DNA of 64,000 bases from an uncultured delta proteobacterium (GCA_963765675.1 CAVXXK010000003.1:352001-416000), one strand, 5' to 3'. Shown: positions 38,693-47,094, numbered from the stretch's first letter. Made by a program: numbers and translations. The notes: generated by a model from the letters alone, not told the origin.

Positions 38693-39043
38693 TCAACCGA
38701 GACCCCACTTGTGTTTGTTTTCCTCAATCTCTTCGGGACTGGGGCTCGGCTTTTCCTCGTACAGCTTGACCCGAAAACGATTCGCCTCGGTAACTGTTTT
38801 GGCATTTAGCGCGATATCGTCATTAAACAACTCGGGCACCGCCGGCTCCTCGTAAATTGCTTGCCACGGACACTCGGGTTCACAGGCGCCGCAGTCGATG
38901 CATTCATCCGGATTGATATAGAGCTGATTCGGCAGCCCGTCTTTTCCGGGTTCGAGCGGTTCATAGATGCAATCGACCGGACAGACGCTGACGCATCCGG
39001 TGTCCAGGCAATCAATGCAAAGCCTCGTTATGACCCACGGCAT
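38693..39043 (-). CDS. Dicluster (7Fe-type) ferredoxin
   Basis: CIDCLDTGCVSVCPVDCI and CIDCGACEPECP. Confidence 0.93.
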   Translation of the reverse strand: MPWVITRLCIDCLDTGCVSVCPVDCIYEPLEPGKDGLPNQLYINPDECIDCGACEPECPWQAIYEEPAVPELFNDDIALNAKTVTEANRFRVKLYEEKPSPSPEEIEENKHKWGLG

Positions 39044-39626
39044 ACGTGCCTCCTTGTGGTTCTGGCGGCGACGCCGACAGCTCCGGACATTGCAGGTTAA
39101 AGTGGACGATGCCGGCGCCGTTCGCGTGATGAAGGATGCATCCGCTTTTGTGTAGGACCGCGAGCATTCGGCTGTTGTCGCCCCGAACGTCGGCTTCGAA
39201 CTGAGTAATGCCGCCGCGGTGAGCGATGTGGCCGAGATGCCGAATCAACAATGGTCCAACCCCATTACCCTGGAATTCGTCCAGTACCGCTAACGCTACT
39301 TCCGCTCGCGAGGAATCCTTACGGGCATAGCGGCCAACGCCGATGAAGCGCTCGGTTCCGGCGTGCTCCACTACGGCCGCCAGGCCGACATGGCTAACGA
39401 AGTCGAGTTCCGTGTACCGTGCGAGGTCTTCGGCGGTGAGGTACCGCTTGCAGCCGAAGAAACGGAAATAACGTGCGCTAGCACTCAGCCCAGCAAAGTG
39501 TTCGAGCAGTCGGGTCTTATCGTCGGAGCGGATGGCGCGTATACGAATCGCGACTCCGCTGTTTAGGACTTCACCGGCCGAGTATAAACGGGGGTCGGAC
39601 GTTGACAGTGTGTCATTGGTCGCCAT
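39012..39626 (-). CDS. GNAT acetyltransferase (Pat-type GNAT domain)
   Basis: IRAIRSDD, LSASARYFRFF, IGVGRY, AEVALAVLDEFQGNGVG, NSRML. Confidence 0.88.
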   Translation of the reverse strand: MATNDTLSTSDPRLYSAGEVLNSGVAIRIRAIRSDDKTRLLEHFAGLSASARYFRFFGCKRYLTAEDLARYTELDFVSHVGLAAVVEHAGTERFIGVGRYARKDSSRAEVALAVLDEFQGNGVGPLLIRHLGHIAHRGGITQFEADVRGDNSRMLAVLHKSGCILHHANGAGIVHFNLQCPELSASPPEPQGGTYAVGHNEALH

Positions 39627-39734
39627 TTCATCCCTCCACTCATCCTCCAGATGATGCACACGTCGTCACGTGAGTTAAGACGCAAGTAGCGAGCAATTCC
39701 GTTACCGAATTCATGAGCTGCCCCTTAGCACGCG

Positions 39735-40250
39735 TCATCGATCGGGGGAGGTGCTTGTCTTCCCCTCGCCGTACACGCTTTGCATGCGGCGCTGAATTTC
39801 GCTCTCAATTTCGTGGGACGCGCTGTGCCTGATCATTGCCAGGTAGACATCTTCTTCACTCTGCAAATGCGACCTCAATATCGCATCTAATCGGGCCAGC
39901 AGAGTGTCAAGCTTTCGATGAAGCACCAGGCTTTCCGGATCTTGCGGACTGTCGAGCCTTGCTGTTCTTAGGCACTCGTCGATTGAATCAATTTGACTCT
40001 CTACAAACTGATGATCTTTGACCATGGTTGCGGTCACGCCCAGGCTTTGCGTGGCAACGAGCCTGTCAACCAAATCGTAGAGATGATGCTCTTCGCTGCG
40101 CATGTGAGGTAGAAGTTTGTGTCGCAGAAATCCTATTAGCTGAAGGCTATGGACGCCCTCTGCATCTGCCACGACGGCTCTGCTCAACGCATTCAGACCG
40201 CTCAAGATTTCCTGATGGCGGCCTTGGATCGTTTCGGTCATCTGATTCAT
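39735..40250 (-). CDS. Hemerythrin (HHE) domain protein
   Basis: RHQEI, LLPHMRSEEHHLY, TMVKDH, HLQSEEDVY. Confidence 0.85.
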   Translation of the reverse strand: MNQMTETIQGRHQEILSGLNALSRAVVADAEGVHSLQLIGFLRHKLLPHMRSEEHHLYDLVDRLVATQSLGVTATMVKDHQFVESQIDSIDECLRTARLDSPQDPESLVLHRKLDTLLARLDAILRSHLQSEEDVYLAMIRHSASHEIESEIQRRMQSVYGEGKTSTSPDR

Positions 40251-40275
40251 GGTGCGACCTCCACGCGACCCATAC

Positions 40276-40578
40276 TCAGGACCACCCCAACTGGCGCTTT
40301 CCCTTTTCGGAGATCATCTGGGGCGACCACGGTGGATCCCAGACCAATTCGACATTTACGTCCTCGACCTCCTCGTGCTGGCTTATAATCGCTTCGCGTA
40401 CCTCTTCGGTGAGATAAGAATGCATCGGACACGCGGGCGTAGTCATTGTCATCGCGATACGCACCTTGTTGCCAAGGACCTCGGTGCTGTATATGAGCCC
40501 GAGATCCACGATGTTGACTCCAACCTCGGGATCGTTAACTCCTCGCAAGGCCAGCAGGATGTCGCTTTCACTCAGCAT
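40276..40578 (-). CDS. DUF59 / SufT-PaaD metal-sulfur cluster assembly factor
   Basis: VNDPEVGVNIVDLGLIY, MTMTTPACPM, LVWDPPWSP. Start trimmed to ATG 40578. Confidence 0.92.
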   Translation of the reverse strand: MLSESDILLALRGVNDPEVGVNIVDLGLIYSTEVLGNKVRIAMTMTTPACPMHSYLTEEVREAIISQHEEVEDVNVELVWDPPWSPQMISEKGKRQLGWS

Positions 40579-40639
40579 ATTGTCAGTGTCCTTCGCGCGC
40601 GAGTTTCCGATCATCGCGCGGCGCGGTACTGCTCGTGTC

Positions 40640-41359
40640 TCAGGCGTGGCGCCCGACCCGAACTCGCCAGACCTCAGGCCCCTCCTCCAGGTAATTCCAG
40701 GAGAACTGACCCGTATGTTCCGCTTCGAATTGATAGTAGAGCGGCCGCGGGTCGTGGTCATTGATCAGAATGAACGCCTCACCAGGCTTCAGTCCCAGAT
40801 AGGTGTCGAAGATGAGGGTGTGGCGTTCCCGCGGTGCGACGTTGCGCACGTCTAATGGACGGTCATTCGGCATTTTCTTTTCCTCCTCGGATGATTCGTG
40901 AATCGCTTCCAATAATTGGCGCTGATGCGCCTCATCGAGATATTTTTCGATCAGTGGCAAATAGACGCGCTCTTCCTTGGCCAGATGAAGTTGAAAGATC
41001 GCGTCCAACTGAAGCGAAAGTTCCCGCAATTCGCGCAGCAGCCGCGGCCGTTCGTTATCACCAAAGTTCTCAAGCCGGTCCGTCATCAGCTCAATCTTCG
41101 TGACGTAGTCGTTGATGGACTCATGGTCGATCATCATGGTCGCGGTCGGTTTTCCGTGCTCCCGAACCAGTCTGTCGATCGTCGAGTAGAGGTGACGCTC
41201 CTCGCCGCGCGCATGCGGCAACAGATCCCCCTTCAGAAACGCCACGAACGCATCGCGCTCAGTCTGCGGCTCGCCACCGCCGACCCCTCGCGCGTGCGCC
41301 TGCAGAGTCTTAGCCAATGATCGATGATGTTTTCGGATGGCTTCAGAGAGCGTGCTCAT
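40640..41359 (-). CDS. Hemerythrin (HHE) plus DUF2249 fusion protein
   Basis: KHHRSL, LLPHARGEERHLY, MMIDH, HLAKEERVY; then LDVRNVAPRERH..LINDHDPRPLYYQF..YLEEGPEVWRVRV. AGGAG RBS before ATG 41359. Confidence 0.9.
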   Translation of the reverse strand: MSTLSEAIRKHHRSLAKTLQAHARGVGGGEPQTERDAFVAFLKGDLLPHARGEERHLYSTIDRLVREHGKPTATMMIDHESINDYVTKIELMTDRLENFGDNERPRLLRELRELSLQLDAIFQLHLAKEERVYLPLIEKYLDEAHQRQLLEAIHESSEEEKKMPNDRPLDVRNVAPRERHTLIFDTYLGLKPGEAFILINDHDPRPLYYQFEAEHTGQFSWNYLEEGPEVWRVRVGRHA

Positions 41360-41426
41360 GACCAAGTCTCCTTTTCCAACCTTGGCTCGCCAAGCTCGAT
41401 TTGCCGGCTTGACGAGACGCGGTCGT

Positions 41427-41449
41427 AAGATGTATTTAATATACATCTA
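41427..41449. promoter_or_regulatory. NsrR operator between divergent promoters
   Basis: AAGATGTATTTAATATACATCTA matches the NsrR-type GATG(C/T)AT-N5-AT(A/G)CATC palindrome. It is flanked by TTGACG (41409-41414, +) and TTGACC (41465-41460, -). Confidence 0.85.
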
Positions 41450-41470
41450 TTGATACGAAGGTCAAGAGCA

Positions 41471-42211
41471 ATGCTTCAAGAAAAAACATCGAGCCGCTCC
41501 GTCAGCATAAAAAACATGATTCGCGAGTGTCCGGTGATCGATTTAGGTGCACTCTCCGGGTGCGAACGCGCACAAGCGCTCGAAACCTTTGACGGCATCG
41601 CGGCCGGCGGCGCCTTTGAGATTTCGGCCCGACGCCGGCTCGCTCTGCTCTTCTGCGAATTGCGGGATCGTTTCGGCGCGGGCTTTTATTGGTGGCCACT
41701 CGAACGCGGCCCGCTCGTATGGCGGGTGATGCTGGCCAAGCCGGCGCAGGGAGCACAACCGACGGTTGCAACTGTCATGAGCGCTGATCATCACCGACTG
41801 CACACACTCTGGCGTGAGTTCGAATCTGCGGTCGAACTCTGTCAGATCGAGACTGTTCATCGCCGCTTGGGCGAATTGTCATTGGGACTTAGACGCTACA
41901 TCGACATCGAAGAAGTCGTGTTGTTTCCGCTGCTCGAAGCGCAAACGAGAAGAGATGATGGCAACCTCACTGCCGCGATGCGGTCGCAGCACCGCGAGAT
42001 TGCGCGCCTGCTGGATCAATTCGATAAACTTCGCTTGACGAAGGACTGCGCGTCAATTCTGCAGGCGTTCGATCAGCCGGTAGAGCCGATGGCCGTTTTT
42101 CGGAACCACTACCGCAAAGAGGAAGCAGTCCTATATCCTCTTATGGAGAAGGTGTTCAGCCCGGTTGAAGAGAGGGAGCTTTTGTCACTTATCCAAGCCT
42201 TTGAAATCTAG
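41471..42211 (+). CDS. Degenerate DUF2249-like domain plus hemerythrin (HHE) domain protein (paralogue of 32811-33545)
   Basis: FYWWPLERGPLVWRV; DHHRL, RRYIDIEE..LFP, QHREI, HYRKEE..LYP. Confidence 0.85.
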   Translation: MLQEKTSSRSVSIKNMIRECPVIDLGALSGCERAQALETFDGIAAGGAFEISARRRLALLFCELRDRFGAGFYWWPLERGPLVWRVMLAKPAQGAQPTVATVMSADHHRLHTLWREFESAVELCQIETVHRRLGELSLGLRRYIDIEEVVLFPLLEAQTRRDDGNLTAAMRSQHREIARLLDQFDKLRLTKDCASILQAFDQPVEPMAVFRNHYRKEEAVLYPLMEKVFSPVEERELLSLIQAFEI

Positions 42212-42214
42212 CTC

Positions 42215-42688
42215 ATGCAACTCACGTATTACACAGATTATTCGCTGCGGGTCCTGATGTATCTCGCCATTCGGCGCGACCGCATCGCCAACATCTCGGA
42301 AATCGCGGAGCGTTACGACATCTCGCGCAACCATCTGGTCAAGGTCGTACACAACCTTGCTCGCGGCGGATTCATAAAAAGCCATCGCGGCAAGGGCGGT
42401 GGAATCGAGCTGGCGCGCGATCCCGGACAAATCAACGTCGGCGAGGTCGTGCGCTACACGGAGGGGCCGCTTAAGCCGGTCGAATGCTTTGATGTCGAGC
42501 GAAACCGTTGCGTGATCGCGAATATTTGCGGCCTGGCGGACGCGATCGCGGAGGCGTGCGACAGCTTCTTCAGCACCCTCGATCGCTACACCCTGGCCGA
42601 CCTCGTCAGGCGCCGAGACCGCCTGAACAAAGTACTTGCACCGCGTCCGAAGAGCAGTCAACGCCTATCGGCCGTTGATCATCGATGA
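42215..42688 (+). CDS. nsrR: Rrf2-family NO-sensing repressor NsrR
   Basis: MQLTYYTDYSLRVLMYL, SRNHLVKVV, RGKGGG, VECF..NRC..IC (three Cys); cognate operator upstream. Confidence 0.9.
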   Translation: MQLTYYTDYSLRVLMYLAIRRDRIANISEIAERYDISRNHLVKVVHNLARGGFIKSHRGKGGGIELARDPGQINVGEVVRYTEGPLKPVECFDVERNRCVIANICGLADAIAEACDSFFSTLDRYTLADLVRRRDRLNKVLAPRPKSSQRLSAVDHR

Positions 42689-42838
42689 GATCGGTTGTCT
42701 ATCTCTTCGCGAAGACAAGATGGCGAGATCCGGACCGAGAGCGCCTGCTGAATTTCGCGCAGGACATTCGCGGCTTGACCGGACTCGAACTCTAAAGAGA
42801 ACCTAACTTCGAGAGTTGGGGTGCTTCGTTCGTAACTT

Positions 42839-42868
42839 TGGAATAAGCCGTATTCCCACCTTATTCCA
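42839..42868. repeat. 9-bp inverted repeat with internal TATTCC direct repeats, near the tRNA 3' end
   Basis: TGGAATAAG (42839-42847), 12 nt spacer, CTTATTCCA (42860-42868). Confidence 0.5.
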
Positions 42869-43046
42869 TAGCTCCGCCGGGATCACCCCGGCGAGAACGA
42901 TGCTCTTTGCAACAGCTCGCGACTCTAACAGACTGCCCCCTCCGATTGCTGGACAGTTTGTTCGACAGGTGACGGGGCGGCTCCAGTTAAGATCTCTTCT
43001 ACAGCCGACCCCGCGCGAAGCGCCTTCGCATTCCGGGAAAACTGAG

Positions 43047-43120
43047 TGCCCCGTGCGGGATTCGAACCCACGGCCCCAGGATTAGGAATCCTGTGCTCTA
43101 TCCATCTGAGCTAACGGGGC
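43047..43120 (-). tRNA. tRNA-Arg (anticodon CCT); CCA not encoded
   Basis: GCCCCGT acceptor stem, GCTC/GAGC D-arm, CAGGA-TTCCTAA-TCCTG anticodon arm, GTGGG-TTCGAAT-CCCGC T-arm. Confidence 0.97.
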
Positions 43121-43224
43121 TTGGCGCGTTGCTCAACGATTAGCCGACGCGCACGGGCCGGGCAACGATCGCTAACGGCTTTCGCTATCACGATGCATCG
43201 ATTACAGATCATCGAACGCACGCA

Positions 43225-44374
43225 ATGCTTATCGCTTTAGGCAACGGCTCGCTCGCCTCTTACCCGCCCGGCGGAGGGCATTGGTCGTGGTTCCTGCAAT
43301 ATCCGCTCGGGCTGCGCGCGCTGGGGCATCAGGTGTTCTGGCTCGAGCTTCTGAAAGCCAGCGGCGACCGCGCGCGCGATCTTGCGCTGATCCGCGATTT
43401 CTTTACGCGAATCCGTGCCTACGATCTCGAGAATTGCTGCGCGATTCTGCTGCTCGAAAATCCCGACATTCAGGACCTTGAGCGCGCCGAAGCGTTCGGG
43501 ATGACGCGCGCGGAAATCTCGCGCCGGATCGCCGACGCCGATTTGCTCTGGAGCCTTAGCTGCGCGATTCGCGAGCCGCTGTTGTCGCGCTTTCGCCGCC
43601 GCGTTCTGATCGACACCGACCCCGGCCATCTGCAGGTCTCGGCGCTCGCCTGGGACCTCGGGATAAATCGCCACGACGCGTTCCTGACTGTCGGCGCGAA
43701 GATTCACGATTCCGATTGCGAGGTCCCTACGCTCGGGAGTTCGATGGCGCCCTTTCCTGCCGTTTGTCTATCTGCCGCTCTGGGAGCGGTCGGCGGCGCC
43801 GCCAGCGAGCGCGCCGATCACGTCGATTACGCAGTGGACGTGGGAGGAGCTGCCGTACGAGGGCCGGACGCTCAGCGCGTCGAAGCGCACCGCGTACCTG
43901 CGCTACGCGGAACTGCCGCGTCTCAGCGGACGCGCGTTCGAGCTGGCGGCGAATATTGGCGACGACGATCCGGCGGCAGATCGCGCGACGCTTAAGGCCG
44001 GCGGATGGACGATCGTCGAGCCGCATGCGGTCGCGGCTAACCCTGAAGATTATCGCGGCTATATCCGCCGCTCGCGCGCCGAGATCCTGTGCCCCAAGCC
44101 GATCTACCGCGAACTTCGCACCGGATGGTTCAGCGATCGGAGCGTGTGCTACCTCGCGAGCGGGCGCCCGGTGATCGCGGAAGAGACCGGATTCAGCGAG
44201 CGCGTTGCCTGCCGACGCGGACTGATTTCCTTTACCGATATGGCCGGCGCGATCGAGGCCGTGCGCGGGATCGACGCCGACTACCCGGCGCATAGCGACG
44301 CGGCGCGGTCGCTTGCGTGCGAGTTCTTCGATTCCGCGAAGTGCCTGCCCGCGATGCTCGATGCGTCGGCGTGA
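43225..44374 (+). CDS. Glycosyltransferase-like (GT-B) protein; apparent +1 frameshift near 43735
   Basis: YPPGGGHWSWFLQYPLGLRALGHQV, IDTDPG; second frame YRGYIRRSRAE..GWFSDRSVCYLASGRPVIAEETGF. Confidence 0.75.
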
Positions 44375-44492
44375 AGCCCGCGAATCGGACCCCGTTTCTC
44401 CGTTTGGCGCGGTGTAATACAAATAGTAGTGCGAGATGCGGCGACGGACTTGATGACTGACGCGCCGTCCGCAGGATCGCAAAGGACATCAG

Positions 44493-45233
44493 ATGGCAAA
44501 TCCCACCCGCCTGATTGCTTGTGGATGCGCAAGTCTCGCGCTGGCGCTGTGCGCTATCGGCGGATCAGCGCGGTTCGCGCGCGCGCAGGACGATTGGCAG
44601 GTGATCGAGCGCCATCCCGATCAGAAGACGCTGGGCGCCGCTTCGAGGACGACTGAGGACGCGGCCCCTGCGGCGAGCGACGGCGTGATCGACGCGTGCG
44701 GAGAGCGGGCGCGTCCCGCGACCGAGCCCTACAAGTCGATCGTCGCGCAGCTCAACGATATGTACGGCACCAGCTATCCGGTTTATGAATCGGTGGCCGA
44801 AATGTCGCCGCACGCGAACAGCAACGGATGCATCTTCTACAACCGCCAGTTCCTGTCGGCGTTGCTCGGCAACTGGATGAATATTACCACCGGCGACGCG
44901 CGCTCGCCGATGCTTTACGCGATTTTCGCGCACGAGGAAGGCCATCTCCAGCACGACGACTTCGCGCCGAGCAATCAATATGTGCCGCAGGAGAGCAAGG
45001 AGCTCGCGGCCGATCAGTTCGCGGGCTACACGATGGAAAGGCTCGGAATCCGCCGCCTCGATCCCGATGAAATCACGAAATACTACCAGCTCACCGGCGA
45101 CGATTTTGTGGGTGCGCACGGCGGCCACGGCACCGGCGAGCAACGCTCGACCGCGTTCCAGGACGGATGGCATCGCGCGGAGGTCGGGCTGCCCGAGGAA
45201 GGCTCGCGTCCCGCGGGCTTCGGCGATCCGTAA
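44493..45233 (+). CDS. Secreted neutral zinc metallopeptidase
   Basis: Signal peptide; FAHEEGH (HExxH), ELAADQFAG, HGTGEQR. Confidence 0.8.
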   Translation: MANPTRLIACGCASLALALCAIGGSARFARAQDDWQVIERHPDQKTLGAASRTTEDAAPAASDGVIDACGERARPATEPYKSIVAQLNDMYGTSYPVYESVAEMSPHANSNGCIFYNRQFLSALLGNWMNITTGDARSPMLYAIFAHEEGHLQHDDFAPSNQYVPQESKELAADQFAGYTMERLGIRRLDPDEITKYYQLTGDDFVGAHGGHGTGEQRSTAFQDGWHRAEVGLPEEGSRPAGFGDP

Positions 45234-45302
45234 CACAAAACGCCTGCGTGCGATTGCGAGCGCGTGCGCCGCGCGTGATAATCGAACTTCAGACGTTTTG
45301 CG

Positions 45303-46304
45303 ATGAGTTCAATACAAGCTGCAAATCCCGTCGCCGCGAGGGTCGCTGAACGCGCGGTTGCGGCGCCCGCGATCGAGGCGAGCGCGCTCGGCTTCAACTA
45401 TGGTGCACGCGCCGCGCTGACCGACGTGTCGTTCTCGATCGCGCGCGGCGAAATTTTCGGATTCCTGGGACCCAACGGCGGCGGCAAAACCACGCTGTTC
45501 AAGCTGCTCTCGACCCTGGTGCCGATTCAGGCCGGACGCGCCCTGATGCTGGGGCATGATCTGGCCGACAACACGATCGCGGTGCGGCGGCGGCTTGGCG
45601 TCGTGTTTCAGCATCCGAGCTTGGACGGGAAGCTGACCGTCGCGGAGAATCTAGCGCATCATGGGCGCCTGTACGGAATCTGGGGACGCAAGCTGCGCGA
45701 GGACGCGGCGGCGGCGCTGAGCAGGCTCGGGCTCGGGGCGCGCGCGAACGATCGCGTCGAGACGCTTTCGGGCGGTTTGCAGCGCCGTGTTGAGCTCGCC
45801 AAGTCGCTGTTGCATAAGCCCGAACTGCTGCTCCTCGATGAGCCGAGCACTGGCCTCGACCCGGCGGCGCGGCGCGAGTTTTCAAACTATCTCGGCCATC
45901 TGCGCGATCGCGACGGCGTGACCGTCGTGCTGACGACGCATTACCTCGAAGAAGCGGAGCGCTGCGATCGGATCGCGATCCTCGACGGCGGGCGGCTGGT
46001 CGCGATGGCGCCGCCCGGAGAGCTCAAGGCGCGAGTCGGCGGCGACGTGGTGGTGATTCGCGGCGCGGCACCGGAGGCGTTGCAGCGCAAGCTGCTCCAG
46101 CGGCTCAAGCTCAGGAGCCAGATCGTCGACGGAACGGTGCGTATTGAGCGTCCGCGCGGACACGAGCTGGTGCGTGAAGTGGTCGAGGCATTCGGCGACG
46201 AGATCGATTCTGTGTCGTTCGGCAAACCAACCCTCGAAGATGTGTTCGTGCATCTGACCGGGCATCAATTTTTCGCGGAACCCGCTGCGGAAGAGGAAGC
46301 GTAG
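45303..46304 (+). CDS. ABC transporter ATP-binding protein (DrrA-like)
   Basis: GPNGGGKTT, LSGG, LLLDEP, TTHY, PTLEDVF. Confidence 0.95.
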   Translation: MSSIQAANPVAARVAERAVAAPAIEASALGFNYGARAALTDVSFSIARGEIFGFLGPNGGGKTTLFKLLSTLVPIQAGRALMLGHDLADNTIAVRRRLGVVFQHPSLDGKLTVAENLAHHGRLYGIWGRKLREDAAAALSRLGLGARANDRVETLSGGLQRRVELAKSLLHKPELLLLDEPSTGLDPAARREFSNYLGHLRDRDGVTVVLTTHYLEEAERCDRIAILDGGRLVAMAPPGELKARVGGDVVVIRGAAPEALQRKLLQRLKLRSQIVDGTVRIERPRGHELVREVVEAFGDEIDSVSFGKPTLEDVFVHLTGHQFFAEPAAEEEA

Positions 46305-46311
46305 CCGCGCG

Positions 46312-47094
46312 ATGGAAATTTTTCTGCAAGCCGGAACTTTATGGTGGCGCGAGATCTCGCGCTTCGTGCGCCAGCGGAGCCGTCTCACCGGCGGCCTTCT
46401 GCAACCGCTCGTTTTCTGGCTGCTGCTCGGCGCGGGACTCAAGGCGTCGTTCAAGCCGAGCGGGATGCCGGCGGGAATGAACTACGCGCAATATTTTTAT
46501 CCCGGCGTGATCGTGATGGTGCTGCTGTTCACCGCGATCTTCGCGACCATCTCCACGGTCGAGGATCGGCACGAGGGTTTCCTGCAGGGCGTGCTGGTTG
46601 CTCCGATCTCGCGGGTCACGGTGGTTCTCGGGCAGGCGCTTGGCGGGACGACGCTTGCGTTGATGCAGGGAATCATTTTTTTGATCCTCGCGCCGTTCGC
46701 GGGAATCCATTTGAGCCTCGCGGCGGTACTCTTTGCGACCGCGATGATGGCGCTGATCGCGTTCACGCTCACCTGCATGGGACTCATCATCGCGTGGCGG
46801 ATCGACTCGACGCAGGGCTTTCACGCGATCATGAATTTGATTCTGCTGCCGATCTGGATTCTGTCGGGCGCATTCTTCCCGGCCGAAGGCGCCCCGGCGA
46901 TTCTGGCCTGGACGATGCGCCTGAATCCTTTGACCTACGGGATGTCGGCGCTGCGGCAGGGCCTCTACCTGGGCGAGCCGGGGATGATTACACGGCTGCC
47001 CGCAATCGATTTTTCCGTGGCGATAACGATCGTCTTTGCGCTGACCGCTTTTGTCGTCGCGAGCCGCGTCGCGCTGCGAGCCTCGACAATCTAA
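46312..47094 (+). CDS. ABC-2 type transporter permease
   Basis: YFYPG, EDRHEGFLQGVLVAP, LSGAFFP, NPLTY. Confidence 0.93.
   Translation: MEIFLQAGTLWWREISRFVRQRSRLTGGLLQPLVFWLLLGAGLKASFKPSGMPAGMNYAQYFYPGVIVMVLLFTAIFATISTVEDRHEGFLQGVLVAPISRVTVVLGQALGGTTLALMQGIIFLILAPFAGIHLSLAAVLFATAMMALIAFTLTCMGLIIAWRIDSTQGFHAIMNLILLPIWILSGAFFPAEGAPAILAWTMRLNPLTYGMSALRQGLYLGEPGMITRLPAIDFSVAITIVFALTAFVVASRVALRASTI

Larger units (their letters stand above)
20340..43046. mobile_element. Putative genomic island adjoining the 3' end of tRNA-Arg; no integrase seen; left edge approximate
   Basis: Visible shift to less GC/CG-rich sequence from about 20340; gene remnants; accessory cargo; right edge abuts the tRNA 3' end. 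Confidence 0.5.

Noticed and set aside
42769-42792. GGACTCGAAC stretch resembling a tRNA T-arm, considered as an att duplication; also TCTCGAACCC near 20832
   Set aside because: Does not match the 3' end of the tRNA-Arg at 43047-43075 and no cloverleaf can be built.
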